Positions 33,825-33,901 of a stretch of DNA of 33,901 bases are shown here, in pieces. Under the pieces are notes generated by a model that saw only the letters and a program-made list of their open reading frames with translations, searched no databases and had not been told where the DNA came from. Source of the stretch: a virus. Taxonomy: Duplodnaviria > Caudoviricetes. The translations under genes were made by a program, and so were the position numbers. Every line of letters starts with the position of its first letter. Position 1 is the stretch's first letter. The DNA is taken from the IMG/VR virus record IMGVR_UViG_3300025635_000093, positions 1 to 33,901 of that record. One strand, given 5' to 3'.

Positions 33825-33901
33825 TTATGAATCGTGGAGAACTTACAAATAACCTTATAGGAAACACTCTTGAAAGACATGAAGAACTCATGAAGATAAA
33901 T
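33775..33901 (+). repeat. Terminal direct repeat, right copy
   Basis: Identical to 1-127. Confidence 0.95.

Larger units (their letters stand above)
1..33901. mobile_element. Complete tailed bacteriophage genome (podovirus-like), circular contig
   Basis: Terminase-portal-scaffold-capsid-tail order, no tape-measure/tube/sheath genes, phage replication-recombination module, no host housekeeping genes, terminal 127-bp overlap. Confidence 0.95.

Noticed and set aside
1-33901. Stop-codon reassignment (code 15 or 25)
   Set aside because: Long genes are intact in code 11; TGA ends genes in ATGA overlaps and TAG ends scaffold and capsid genes

Overview
The window is an apparently complete, AT-rich tailed-phage genome of about 33,774 bp. 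Bases 1-127 are repeated exactly at 33775-33901, which looks like an assembly overlap of a circular contig. The + strand carries a podovirus-like late region: TerS, TerL, portal, scaffold, capsid, adaptor, nozzle, two ejection proteins and fibre/LamG proteins, wrapping round to a lysis cassette. The - strand carries an early region: a lambda-O-like initiator with internal iterons, a Rad52-like annealase, YqaJ exonuclease, SSB, NinB-like protein, resolvase, HNH nucleases and many microproteins. I found no integrase, cI-type HTH repressor, polymerase or helicase. Protein style and the lack of Shine-Dalgarno sites suggest a Patescibacteria/CPR (Parcubacteria-like) host; this is inference. The most interesting signals are absent from the ORF track. 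(1) A P4-CI/P1-C4-like hairpin RNA whose loop and bulge are complementary to sites in the leader of the replication operon. (2) A 49-aa ribbon-helix-helix protein plus three palindromic operators lying in promoter spacers. (3) DnaA boxes at fixed positions next to promoters rather than at the origin. (4) A 36-aa membrane microprotein gene with its own promoter nested antisense inside an ejection-protein gene. (5) Several long-stalk structured RNAs, including a tandem pair sharing a GGGCAA junction. All product calls come from motif recognition by eye and all RNA folds were paired by hand; no searches were run.
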